This document shows positions 37,550 to 45,547 of a stretch of DNA of 64,000 nt, piece by piece. The notes below the pieces were generated by a model. The model made no database searches, was not told the origin of the DNA, and saw only the letters and a program-made list of their open reading frames with translations. The position numbers and the translations under genes were made by a program. Each line of letters opens with the position of its first letter. The first letter of the stretch is position 1. The stretch comes from a virus: positions 85,292-149,291 of the IMG/VR virus record IMGVR_UViG_3300045919_000302. One strand, written 5' to 3'.

Positions 37550-37885
37550 TCAGTTGACCATGTGCTTGGGAGCAACTATCCAGTCGAACAGCGAATGATC
37601 ATTTGGATCAAACGACATCACTGCACACGAAACGCCGTTCTTGTAATCCTCTTCGTCATCATGAGTCAGAGGATAAACGGAGTAGAAGTCATCCATCTCA
37701 AGGATAGATTCGCAAATCTCACGAATCATCACAATGTTCTCTTGCTCTTGGCTCCCCAGGGGCAAGAGCAGAACGAAATCCCAGCAAGTGCGAAAGCAAG
37801 AGGAAGGGGAAACAACGATCTTGTAGCCAACGGCCCCTTCCACGCTTTTTCTCTTTTCTATTGAGTCACCGCTAAGAATTCCCAC
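37550..37885 (-). CDS. hypothetical protein
   Basis: 111 aa ORF with upstream TACACT. Confidence 0.55.
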   Translation of the reverse strand: MGILSGDSIEKRKSVEGAVGYKIVVSPSSCFRTCWDFVLLLPLGSQEQENIVMIREICESILEMDDFYSVYPLTHDDEEDYKNGVSCAVMSFDPNDHSLFDWIVAPKHMVN

Positions 37886-37906
37886 AGTGACAGTGTAACG
37901 ACAGGA

Positions 37907-38092
37907 TCAGGCAGCGTCCACGCCGTTTTCGAAAGCCCAGTTCAAGATTCTACGAATTGTTTGGGACCGATTCTTGAATCCTTTCTTGGTTTTGAGCGTG
38001 TCGATTTTTGAAAGCAGCTCGTTTTCGATCCGCGTGTAGATGAAATCGTCTTTCGTAGATTCACCCTTCAGCGGTGTTTTTTCCTTGTCCAT
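37907..38092 (-). CDS. ribbon-helix-helix protein
   Basis: IYTRIENELLSKIDTLK...NRSQTIRRIL. Confidence 0.7.
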   Translation of the reverse strand: MDKEKTPLKGESTKDDFIYTRIENELLSKIDTLKTKKGFKNRSQTIRRILNWAFENGVDAA

Positions 38093-38439
38093 CAGACCTC
38101 CAGGTTTTTCCTGCTTTGAGCAGGGTTTAGGTTACCGGCCACGAGACCGGAGTTTTGCATCCTCATGTGCGTGAGAAATTTTTGGTATTCGAGAACCACC
38201 TTGGACTCCGCATCCGTTTCGATGCGTTGGGGAGAATAGTCATCCGGGACCACGTAGCTCTCGGAGCTTCCGGAGAAGTACGGATCCGGGTGGAACTGGT
38301 ATGAGATCTGCTGCTGCCCGTTCGGAATCTCAAAAACACGAACGACGTGTCTGAGTTTCATCCTGACACTTCCCTCTTCGAGGCACTCCCCCAAGATGAA
38401 CATGTTGGTGCCTTTGGCCATTCCGATGAAAAGTCTCAT
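38092..38439 (-). CDS. hypothetical protein
   Basis: Coupled ORF. Confidence 0.65.
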   Translation of the reverse strand: MRLFIGMAKGTNMFILGECLEEGSVRMKLRHVVRVFEIPNGQQQISYQFHPDPYFSGSSESYVVPDDYSPQRIETDAESKVVLEYQKFLTHMRMQNSGLVAGNLNPAQSRKNLEV

Positions 38440-39305
38440 GCCTGCTCCTTGTAATGGTTGATGGTTTTTTTAAGGTCAGAGAAGAATTCGTTCTTGTCGT
38501 AAGACGGAAGGAGCCAGCGCTCTGTATCCTCAGTGCGATCAAGAGCGGAGCTGCGTGATGGCTCCGGCCGAGTGACAACAAGCCCGGGGTTGGCACCCAC
38601 CATTCCATAAACCGCGTGCGCCAGGAGTCCATCTTGAATGGGGTCCGTTCCGGTCAGGTGGACGAGCGTGCCAGGAGGGACGAACGGAGCCACGCAAAGG
38701 ACATTAAGGAAGTCGCAGACGTGATCGATGTAGACCCACTGTCTGCTTGCGACTCCGCGCAGATTGACGCCCACACCGCGCTTTGCGCATTCGATCAAAC
38801 GTGGCAGGTAGCCGTTAGTCTGCCCAGGGCCGAAAATGTTGACACTTCTCACGGTAATGACTGGAAGATCGAGCGACGTCACATAAACCGAAGCGAGGAG
38901 TTCCTGGGCAGCTTTGGTCGCGCCGAAAAGTGTCGCTGGACTGTGGGAGCGGGATTCGCTTCGGTCAATTCCATCTGACCTGACCTCGGCCGAAGACAGA
39001 ATGATGATCCGCTGAACACTCTTGATACCGCGCAAGGTATCAAACAACTCAGTCGTACCGAGTACGTTGTCCTGGCAAATATCCCTTGGGAATGGGGAGT
39101 AGCTGCCCGCGAGATGGACTACAGCCTCAACCCCGTCAGCGTGGCTGTTCAGACTGCTGGCCAGATCTTCGAACTCGCCAAGACGGTAGCAAATATCCGC
39201 GCCGGGAGTGCAATCGAGCGTGATGACCTCAACATGTCGCTCTCGGAGAAAGCGAACGAGATTTTTTCCAACAAACCCTTCAGATCCAGTGATCAAAACT
39301 TTCAT
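38436..39305 (-). CDS. NAD-dependent epimerase/dehydratase (extended SDR)
   Basis: VLITGSEGFVG, VVHLA, LSSAEV, FGATK, NIFGPGQ. Confidence 0.85.
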   Translation of the reverse strand: MKVLITGSEGFVGKNLVRFLRERHVEVITLDCTPGADICYRLGEFEDLASSLNSHADGVEAVVHLAGSYSPFPRDICQDNVLGTTELFDTLRGIKSVQRIIILSSAEVRSDGIDRSESRSHSPATLFGATKAAQELLASVYVTSLDLPVITVRSVNIFGPGQTNGYLPRLIECAKRGVGVNLRGVASRQWVYIDHVCDFLNVLCVAPFVPPGTLVHLTGTDPIQDGLLAHAVYGMVGANPGLVVTRPEPSRSSALDRTEDTERWLLPSYDKNEFFSDLKKTINHYKEQA

Positions 39306-39312
39306 GCAACCC

Positions 39313-39412
39313 CTTACGATTTGTGAGGTGATTACATCACAAAAAGTAAATCAGTCGCAAGTCTTGTCTTACGAAAAGTCTCGTAAATCGTCTCGTAAGT
39401 CTCTTTACGAAA
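39313..39412. promoter_or_regulatory. intergenic cluster of TTACGA boxes plus palindrome
   Basis: Five TTACGA/TCGTAA copies; TTGTGA...TCACAA around GTGATTACATCAC. Confidence 0.5.
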
Positions 39413-39415
39413 CGT

Positions 39416-39790
39416 TTAGATGCCGAAGACGTAACACTTAGTCGAAGACCCCGTGGTCAGCGAGAACACCTTTACGCCGCGCTTGTTGGCCCTGCGGAAG
39501 ACGACTTTGTCGCCAGGAAGGACAATGCCAGACGTCCTGCGTGCGGGTTGCGGTGGGCTTGTGGCGTTCAGGTAGAACTCGGGGAACTGGAAGGCCAGGG
39601 GGTTACTCCCGGTGTTCTGGATCACCAGCTCCGAGAGACCGACACCGAAGCTAAGGATGTTGTCCTCAGGGCTGTCAGTAGTGGTTAGCTCAGCCGAGCA
39701 GAAACTGTAAGTGCCGAACGAGGTCTGGGTCTGGGCCCCACCCTGTCCGTCGAATACATAAGGCCCAGAGGCCACGAGATTGGTTGCCAT
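39416..39790 (-). CDS. hypothetical (possibly virion) protein
   Basis: AAGGAG SD; beta-rich. Confidence 0.65.
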   Translation of the reverse strand: MATNLVASGPYVFDGQGGAQTQTSFGTYSFCSAELTTTDSPEDNILSFGVGLSELVIQNTGSNPLAFQFPEFYLNATSPPQPARRTSGIVLPGDKVVFRRANKRGVKVFSLTTGSSTKCYVFGI

Positions 39791-39800
39791 GCTTTCTCCT

Positions 39801-39828
39801 TACGGGGGCCAGAAACCTGGCGGCCGTA
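39801..39828 (-). repeat. 28-bp quasi-palindromic motif, copy D
   Basis: Minus strand TACGGCCGCCAGGTTTCTGGCCCCCGTA, 27/28 identical to copy C. Confidence 0.8.
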
Positions 39829-39830
39829 GC

Positions 39831-40013
39831 TTATCCGTTCAAGACCTTCTTCTGGGCAGACTCCGAAACCTGCTTGGAGGAGTGGATGGCCTTGCGGAGT
39901 GCGTCAGAAGTCACGTCATTGACCGACTTCCCTTCACGCTTGGCGATCTCGTACAGCTCCTCGTAGGTCTGCTGATCCACTCCCATAACGTACAACTGAT
40001 CTTTCTTTTCCAT
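39831..40013 (-). CDS. small RHH-like protein
   Basis: VDQQTYEELYEIAKREGKSVNDV. Confidence 0.6.
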   Translation of the reverse strand: MEKKDQLYVMGVDQQTYEELYEIAKREGKSVNDVTSDALRKAIHSSKQVSESAQKKVLNG

Positions 40014-40766
40014 TTACTGTTTTCTCCCTTGAACAAATTTTTTACCGGTCGAGTTCAGATATCCGGATCCCCAGTAACCATCGAGATCCGAACGATTTGC
40101 ATATCCCCAGCTTTTCCCGACCTGGATGATCTCGGCAAATGCGAGACTCACAACGGCGATCCTGGGCCGGCCATTCCGAAAGAACGCCTCGTAGTGAACG
40201 TTGCACTCAGTCATTACTACCGGGATGATATCGAGGTGAAATCCACCCGTAAAGGACGTCAGGCCACTGTTCTCAAGCCAAAGAAGGAGCTTTGGCGGGG
40301 CCTGAACGCGACCCGCCTGATAGAGAGGGTAGGTCTTCGCCCTGAGCCAGGCTATGGCTGCGGCGACATCCATGCCCTTCTGCCCGTTCGGGCTAATGGC
40401 TGAGGCCGCTCCGATCACCGGATTTTTTGCAATACTACTGACTGAATCAGCCGCTTTCTGAAAACTGTCCAATCCGGATTGCCCGCCAGAGAGCGTATTG
40501 CCGTTGAAGTCCGACGTGAAGATCGCTTCAAACGAAATTGTCCGACCGCTTCCGTGAACCCATTGATACAGAGGGTGACTGGACCCGATGACGTTCTTCT
40601 CTTGGTAGGCTGTGGATCGGCTGTCCTGGATCGAGTCAGGATAATGCTGAAAGGCCCGAAACGCATTCGGCTTCTGTTTATCGTTCTGATCCAGCTCAGC
40701 GAGGTACGCCCCAGCATGAAGTCGGTCAGAAGTGCTAATGGATGCGATCGAGCTTGCGATACTCAT
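40014..40766 (-). CDS. contractile injection system tube/tube-initiator-like protein
   Basis: FQHYPDSI...PLYQWVHGSGRTISF...PPKLLLW...FFRNGRPRIAVVSLAFAE. Confidence 0.65.
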   Translation of the reverse strand: MSIASSIASISTSDRLHAGAYLAELDQNDKQKPNAFRAFQHYPDSIQDSRSTAYQEKNVIGSSHPLYQWVHGSGRTISFEAIFTSDFNGNTLSGGQSGLDSFQKAADSVSSIAKNPVIGAASAISPNGQKGMDVAAAIAWLRAKTYPLYQAGRVQAPPKLLLWLENSGLTSFTGGFHLDIIPVVMTECNVHYEAFFRNGRPRIAVVSLAFAEIIQVGKSWGYANRSDLDGYWGSGYLNSTGKKFVQGRKQ

Positions 40767-41074
40767 CGAGGTTTCTTTCCTACATCCGGATTATCTTTCC
40801 GGATGTCCTCAATTTTACCATGGGCTTGATTCCACTGGTCAGAAACATTTTGATTATCCTGCTTGCCGCTCTGCTGATCCTGGTTGGTCTTCTCCTCAGA
40901 GGCTTGCTTAGCGAGCTGATCGGCCCTGCTTCTTACCCACCAATAAAATGCGGCTGCGGCCACAACGAATGCGGCCATAAGGATATAACCAGGAACCCCT
41001 AAAGCCGTTAAAGATGAAAGTGAGGTCAGGATCGTACTGAGCTGAGCCAGTGTCTTGTCCGGATCAATCATCAT
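40763..41074 (-). CDS. membrane-anchored coiled-coil protein (spanin-like?)
   Basis: TM helix then Q-rich helix; next to lipoprotein and holin-like genes. Confidence 0.45.
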   Translation of the reverse strand: MMIDPDKTLAQLSTILTSLSSLTALGVPGYILMAAFVVAAAAFYWWVRSRADQLAKQASEEKTNQDQQSGKQDNQNVSDQWNQAHGKIEDIRKDNPDVGKKPR

Positions 41075-42015
41075 TGAAGAACCCTCCATTCCTTCGTGTC
41101 CCAGATGCTGATGACGGACCGGCCCTTCACCGTAAGCATCCGGACCACGTGGTGAGCGGTGGGATCAAACTTAAATTTCCCGTGGTCGTTCATTTTCAGC
41201 TTTTGATCGAGCGCAATCACGGAGACGGAAGGGTCTCCAGTTACCAGGACATCTCCGTTCTGGATCTGAACCATCGGGGCGGACAGAGGGATGAATTTTG
41301 GATCGTAATTCGACACCAAGATGTTCACAAGGAGGTCCTGGTAATCGGGGCTGATCACCACACCCTCCAGTACGCAATGCCCCTGCTGCTTGACGAGCTG
41401 GTTCAGTTCTACGGTCAACTTACCATCAGAGAGGGGTAGCGACTTATCGAACGAAGTCCCGCACCCAGAGAAGACGGCGCGGACAGGGCCGGACCCGCCG
41501 ACGTCGAGCGTGACGGGACTGGAGAAGTCTCCAGAGACCTTCTTCTCAAGGCCAACCCAGGACTCCCCGTGTTTGAGTACGCGAATGGCGAGGTACGCCC
41601 GGAAGGAGAACACCTGGATCGCCTGGCTGCCCTGATGAGGGTATTCGGGACTAACTGTCGCGGTGATCAGGCAGTTGTGTGACGCCGGTCCAGAGATGGG
41701 GATCACAACAGCCTCGCTGCCGGAGTAGCGCTGGGGGCTTACAGTGATGCCACAATCACGCGATTCCATCGAGATAGTTCCAGCGTAAAAGGTCTGGATC
41801 TCAGCGCCGAGTTTGGACAGATCTTGCCCCTCCTCGATCGAAATCATCGCAAGGCCATTAAAGATTTTCCCGCCTACATGGATCTCGGCAGAATCGTAAC
41901 CCGCATCGATAGCAGGCATCGAAGGATCCGGACGAAGATGCCCACATCCAGAGACCAGCGTACTGATAAAAAGAAGGGACAGGACACGGAGGCCCTGTCC
42001 CCAGAGAGTTTTCAT
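41071..42015 (-). CDS. lipoprotein
   Basis: Lipobox VSGC. Confidence 0.65.
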   Translation of the reverse strand: MKTLWGQGLRVLSLLFISTLVSGCGHLRPDPSMPAIDAGYDSAEIHVGGKIFNGLAMISIEEGQDLSKLGAEIQTFYAGTISMESRDCGITVSPQRYSGSEAVVIPISGPASHNCLITATVSPEYPHQGSQAIQVFSFRAYLAIRVLKHGESWVGLEKKVSGDFSSPVTLDVGGSGPVRAVFSGCGTSFDKSLPLSDGKLTVELNQLVKQQGHCVLEGVVISPDYQDLLVNILVSNYDPKFIPLSAPMVQIQNGDVLVTGDPSVSVIALDQKLKMNDHGKFKFDPTAHHVVRMLTVKGRSVISIWDTKEWRVLQ

Positions 42016-42026
42016 TCCCTCGCTCC

Positions 42027-42320
42027 TCAAGGCTTTTGCGGAACCTTGATCAAGCTGAGCCGATCGAGAATCGGCAGGACATACTTATTCAGTACGCCTT
42101 CAGCCTCGTCGTCATAAGCCTGAAGCTTGGCCGCGAGAGCGACCATTCCGAGCGCTTGCACAACCTTGATTACGGAGTGCCAAACGCCGATCAACGCGGT
42201 GACCACAGCCGACACGATGAGTGCGATGGCTGCGATCTTGGCGAGGACAGGGCCGGCGACCGGGATGGTAGCAACCATCGCGAGAAGAGAATTCAAAAGA
42301 TCCAACGGATTCAAGTTCAT
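42027..42320 (-). CDS. holin-like membrane protein
   Basis: Small, largely hydrophobic. Confidence 0.5.
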   Translation of the reverse strand: MNLNPLDLLNSLLAMVATIPVAGPVLAKIAAIALIVSAVVTALIGVWHSVIKVVQALGMVALAAKLQAYDDEAEGVLNKYVLPILDRLSLIKVPQKP

Positions 42321-42404
42321 AATAACCTCATGGTTTAAGTACAGAGATTACAAAAGTAACACGTGCGCCTCAAACGTCAAACACGCTGCACGATTTGTAA
42401 TGGG

Positions 42405-42677
42405 CTAATGCTTGTGAATGCCTAGGCTGCCTTCGATGCGAGACAGTCTCTCGTCGATTGACACAAGAGTCTTGTCTGAATCCTGAGAGGAAGAATCTCT
42501 TTTCTCGATTCTAGTTTCCGCAGCTTGGAGGCGGGTCTCTATTTTGGCGGACCAGATCCCAACGGCCATAGCCAGAATGAGTCCGGAACCGCTCGCGGAG
42601 AGAAGAATAAATGCCCACCGAATTGGGATGGTAGCGTGATTGAGCTGAACTGACGGATGACGCTTCTCCATGCTCAT
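42405..42677 (-). CDS. holin/hemolysin-like membrane protein
   Basis: TM helix plus coiled coil ending ERLSRIEGSL. Confidence 0.5.
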   Translation of the reverse strand: MSMEKRHPSVQLNHATIPIRWAFILLSASGSGLILAMAVGIWSAKIETRLQAAETRIEKRDSSSQDSDKTLVSIDERLSRIEGSLGIHKH

Positions 42678-42679
42678 TC

Positions 42680-43039
42680 CTACGGGAAGAGGTCGTCAAT
42701 GACATTGAGAGATTCAAGGAACTGAACGATTGACGTCACCGAGGCAATAACTATTTTCAGTTCGAAAGAAAGTCCTTCTCCCGTCTTGAGACTCGCCGTA
42801 TCAGCAGTGCTTAGCCACACCTTGAGCTTTCCAGTATTGGCATTCAGGATTGTGACCGCGCCGCCTGTCAGAGTTTTCGTAAGAACGGCACCGTCACTCT
42901 TTGGGAAAGAGATAGAGATCTCACTAGATCCGGTGAGCGGAAAAGGCTCTCCAACTTCTGAAGAATTGTCTGGTTCGGAATATGCGACCCTAACAATAAA
43001 GCTTCTGTCAGAACCACGAATGATGTTCAGCGCAGCCAT
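42680..43039 (-). CDS. BppU-like virion protein
   Basis: IIRGSD...PLTGSSEI...GKLKVWLSTADTASL. Confidence 0.55.
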   Translation of the reverse strand: MAALNIIRGSDRSFIVRVAYSEPDNSSEVGEPFPLTGSSEISISFPKSDGAVLTKTLTGGAVTILNANTGKLKVWLSTADTASLKTGEGLSFELKIVIASVTSIVQFLESLNVIDDLFP

Positions 43040-43455
43040 TAGCAGCCCACCTCTCCAGCGATGAGGTCGTCCTCAATCTTTCCAGTCAGATTAGATTCTA
43101 TCTCAACAATACCAACAAGGCTTTCATCTTTTTCGATCAGACCCAAAACAGCGCCGGTCACATTTACGACCCCAGATGCGGCCTGCTGATTCTCAAAACG
43201 AACTGTAAATGCGTCTTGAATCCCTTCGTTTGGAGAGATGATCTTCCCGATGTAATCTCCGGCAGGATCCGAAATCTGCGTTACGAGATCGAAATAATAA
43301 AGCCCACCCATTCCCGCCTGAGTCATGGGAACAAGATTAAAGGTGCCGTGGATGCCGCCATCCGGTCTGATAACCCGCGCTTGGATTCCGGTAACGCCAA
43401 GAGAAAAATTCTTTGCCGCGTAGACTTGACGTTTTGTATCCCCCAAATATGCCAC
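43039..43455 (-). CDS. putative virion protein
   Basis: GLYYFD beta-rich motif similar to neighbours. Confidence 0.55.
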   Translation of the reverse strand: MAYLGDTKRQVYAAKNFSLGVTGIQARVIRPDGGIHGTFNLVPMTQAGMGGLYYFDLVTQISDPAGDYIGKIISPNEGIQDAFTVRFENQQAASGVVNVTGAVLGLIEKDESLVGIVEIESNLTGKIEDDLIAGEVGC

Positions 43456-43476
43456 GCGGAGTTCGACCTTTCAGAC

Positions 43477-44550
43477 TTAGATTGCCTTTCCGCCCGTGTA
43501 AATGCGAGCAGAAATCGCAGTCAGGGAGTCGGTTAGGGTAGCAAAGCCAGAGCCCTCAATCGCATCCAGCATGCTCTTCAGAGCTGCAAGACCAATGGTT
43601 CCATCTCCGATCTTGTCCGTTTGAGTCTTAATTAAGCCTTGGAGCGTGTTTGCCGCAGCAAGGCCATATGTCCCATCGTTCACCTTAGCTTGAATGTCTT
43701 GGACGCGAGTATTGGTGTCGTTAACAGTAGTCTGGGTGGAGAGAAGGGTCGATTGCAGCGCGAATCCATCGGATGTGACGTCAGTGATAACCTCGGTGGT
43801 GGATTTCCGAGCCGTAGCGGCTCCGCCGACGGCGTAAGAAAACGTAAAGATCAGCTCTTCGATGGTCGCACTTGATGTCAAGGTCAGGTCAATATGGTAC
43901 TGACCAAGTGAATTTCGAACCATCGGAGCGGATCCAGCAGAATATCCGGTCAAGTACGTGCCACGATCTGCGCCAGCAGAATTAGCCAGAGTGACTACGA
44001 TGCTATTTGAGTCCGGATCGATGAGAGAGTTACTCGAATTGTAGATCGTGACCGGAATTTGATAAACATTGGATCCAGAACCAGGACGGGTGATTTCAGC
44101 CGGAACAGGGACCGCAAATCCGGCGTTATTCTGGATCGCCTGAACGGCAGCCAAGATGTTGGCTAGCGAGCTAACTCCAGATTCCAGGTCGGTCTTGATC
44201 GCAGCCGTATCCGACTTCACTGCGGCGATATCGAGGGAATTGTCGTCCGCGTTGGCGACAGTTACCTCTTCCCTAAAAGGGGCCGACGCTGGCTTCGTTG
44301 CGCTATCGATCAAACCAGAAATGGTATTTGTCTGACCAGTCGCAACTCCCCACGCGGTGAGTGTCGCAGCAGAAATCAGTAATTCGTACAAGCCGGGCGC
44401 GTTCGTTGCGCTGACCTCAGTCAGCGTGATCGCGGATCCACCGACGGCTTTAGCGACGCCGTTCAGGTAGACTTGCGCCTTAACGTCCGTCAGTCCGGTC
44501 GTGTTGTTTTTTGCTTGGTATTCGAATCTCAAGTTTTTTTGAACTGCCAT
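43477..44550 (-). CDS. putative virion structural protein
   Basis: A/T/S-rich 357 aa; GAGGA SD. Confidence 0.7.
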   Translation of the reverse strand: MAVQKNLRFEYQAKNNTTGLTDVKAQVYLNGVAKAVGGSAITLTEVSATNAPGLYELLISAATLTAWGVATGQTNTISGLIDSATKPASAPFREEVTVANADDNSLDIAAVKSDTAAIKTDLESGVSSLANILAAVQAIQNNAGFAVPVPAEITRPGSGSNVYQIPVTIYNSSNSLIDPDSNSIVVTLANSAGADRGTYLTGYSAGSAPMVRNSLGQYHIDLTLTSSATIEELIFTFSYAVGGAATARKSTTEVITDVTSDGFALQSTLLSTQTTVNDTNTRVQDIQAKVNDGTYGLAAANTLQGLIKTQTDKIGDGTIGLAALKSMLDAIEGSGFATLTDSLTAISARIYTGGKAI

Positions 44551-44583
44551 ATTATCCTCTATTTATTATCTATTTATTATCTA
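44551..44583. repeat. 11-bp tandem AT-rich repeat
   Basis: CTATTTATTAT x2. Confidence 0.6.
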
Positions 44584-44895
44584 TACAGCCCTGGAACTCA
44601 ATAAATCCATGCCCGCATGAAAACTAGCACTCCCAGACGAGTAGGTCTGATCCAGATTATTCCATATTCCTGGGTCCGTGTAAAACGCTGTGCTGGCAAT
44701 ATAAGACCTCCCATCAGAAGGTGTAAATGATGCCCAGTACGTCCCGTTAACGATATGAACCATCGCTGTGGTAGAAACAAGGGACGGAGTCCCAGTCGTC
44801 ACGTCGTATATTTTAAGTGCCGGCGTTGCCCCTAAATTTCCGTCCGGGGCGGTAATTTCGAACGGGAGAGAAACCCCCGGTGTAACAACTTGCAT
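44581..44895 (-). CDS. putative virion protein
   Basis: 104 aa beta-rich ORF. Confidence 0.6.
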   Translation of the reverse strand: MQVVTPGVSLPFEITAPDGNLGATPALKIYDVTTGTPSLVSTTAMVHIVNGTYWASFTPSDGRSYIASTAFYTDPGIWNNLDQTYSSGSASFHAGMDLLSSRAV

Positions 44896-44898
44896 CCC

Positions 44899-45093
44899 TC
44901 ACCCCGTCCAGAACCAGTGGCCGATGAGCACGCCCAGGGCGAATGGGATCATCGGATGCCCATAACCCACCGACCGGATCACCTCAGAGATCGTGCTTCC
45001 AGGCTTGCCCTTCCATACGGCGAAAATGTCGTAGGCGATCAGGAGCGCCACGACGATGAGCACAAGTACCGTGGTAACAGGTAACAAGTTCAT
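44899..45093 (-). CDS. small two-TM membrane protein
   Basis: Hydrophobic helices; GVLIGHWFW. Confidence 0.65.
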   Translation of the reverse strand: MNLLPVTTVLVLIVVALLIAYDIFAVWKGKPGSTISEVIRSVGYGHPMIPFALGVLIGHWFWTG

Positions 45094-45536
45094 TTCAGGT
45101 CGCCCCACTTGCCGGTGATTCTGAGAGTGTCCTGACGCCCGTCGCCCGTTTGGGCACCGAACACGACATAGAGGCCACTTGCAATCGCATCATTGCCGAC
45201 GGGGGGCTCAATCGTAGTGCCTTCGTACGCGGACAGCCAGATGCCTTTGTTTTCTGCGGGCATGTCAGGATCATCCCACGTACCTAAGATTGGGTAGGCC
45301 GGAAACATTCCACGGATGCCCACAGGGACAATCCCGTCCGTGTCTTGCACCGACAACCCGGTGATCGCGTCCGCCGGGTGAGTGCTATCAAACTTAATCA
45401 ACGCGCTCACGACTCTCCGGCCATTGTAGCCGGGCAGCGATCTGTCCAGTCCGGTGAACACGCCCGGAATTTTAATGCTGTAGGATAGAGCCCCTTGGGC
45501 GTTGGTCTGCGCACTAAACTTGATGAATTTGTCCAC
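45090..45536 (-). CDS. hypothetical protein
   Basis: 148 aa ORF in tail operon. Confidence 0.65.
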   Translation of the reverse strand: MDKFIKFSAQTNAQGALSYSIKIPGVFTGLDRSLPGYNGRRVVSALIKFDSTHPADAITGLSVQDTDGIVPVGIRGMFPAYPILGTWDDPDMPAENKGIWLSAYEGTTIEPPVGNDAIASGLYVVFGAQTGDGRQDTLRITGKWGDLK

Positions 45537-45547
45537 GTTCCATCCCC

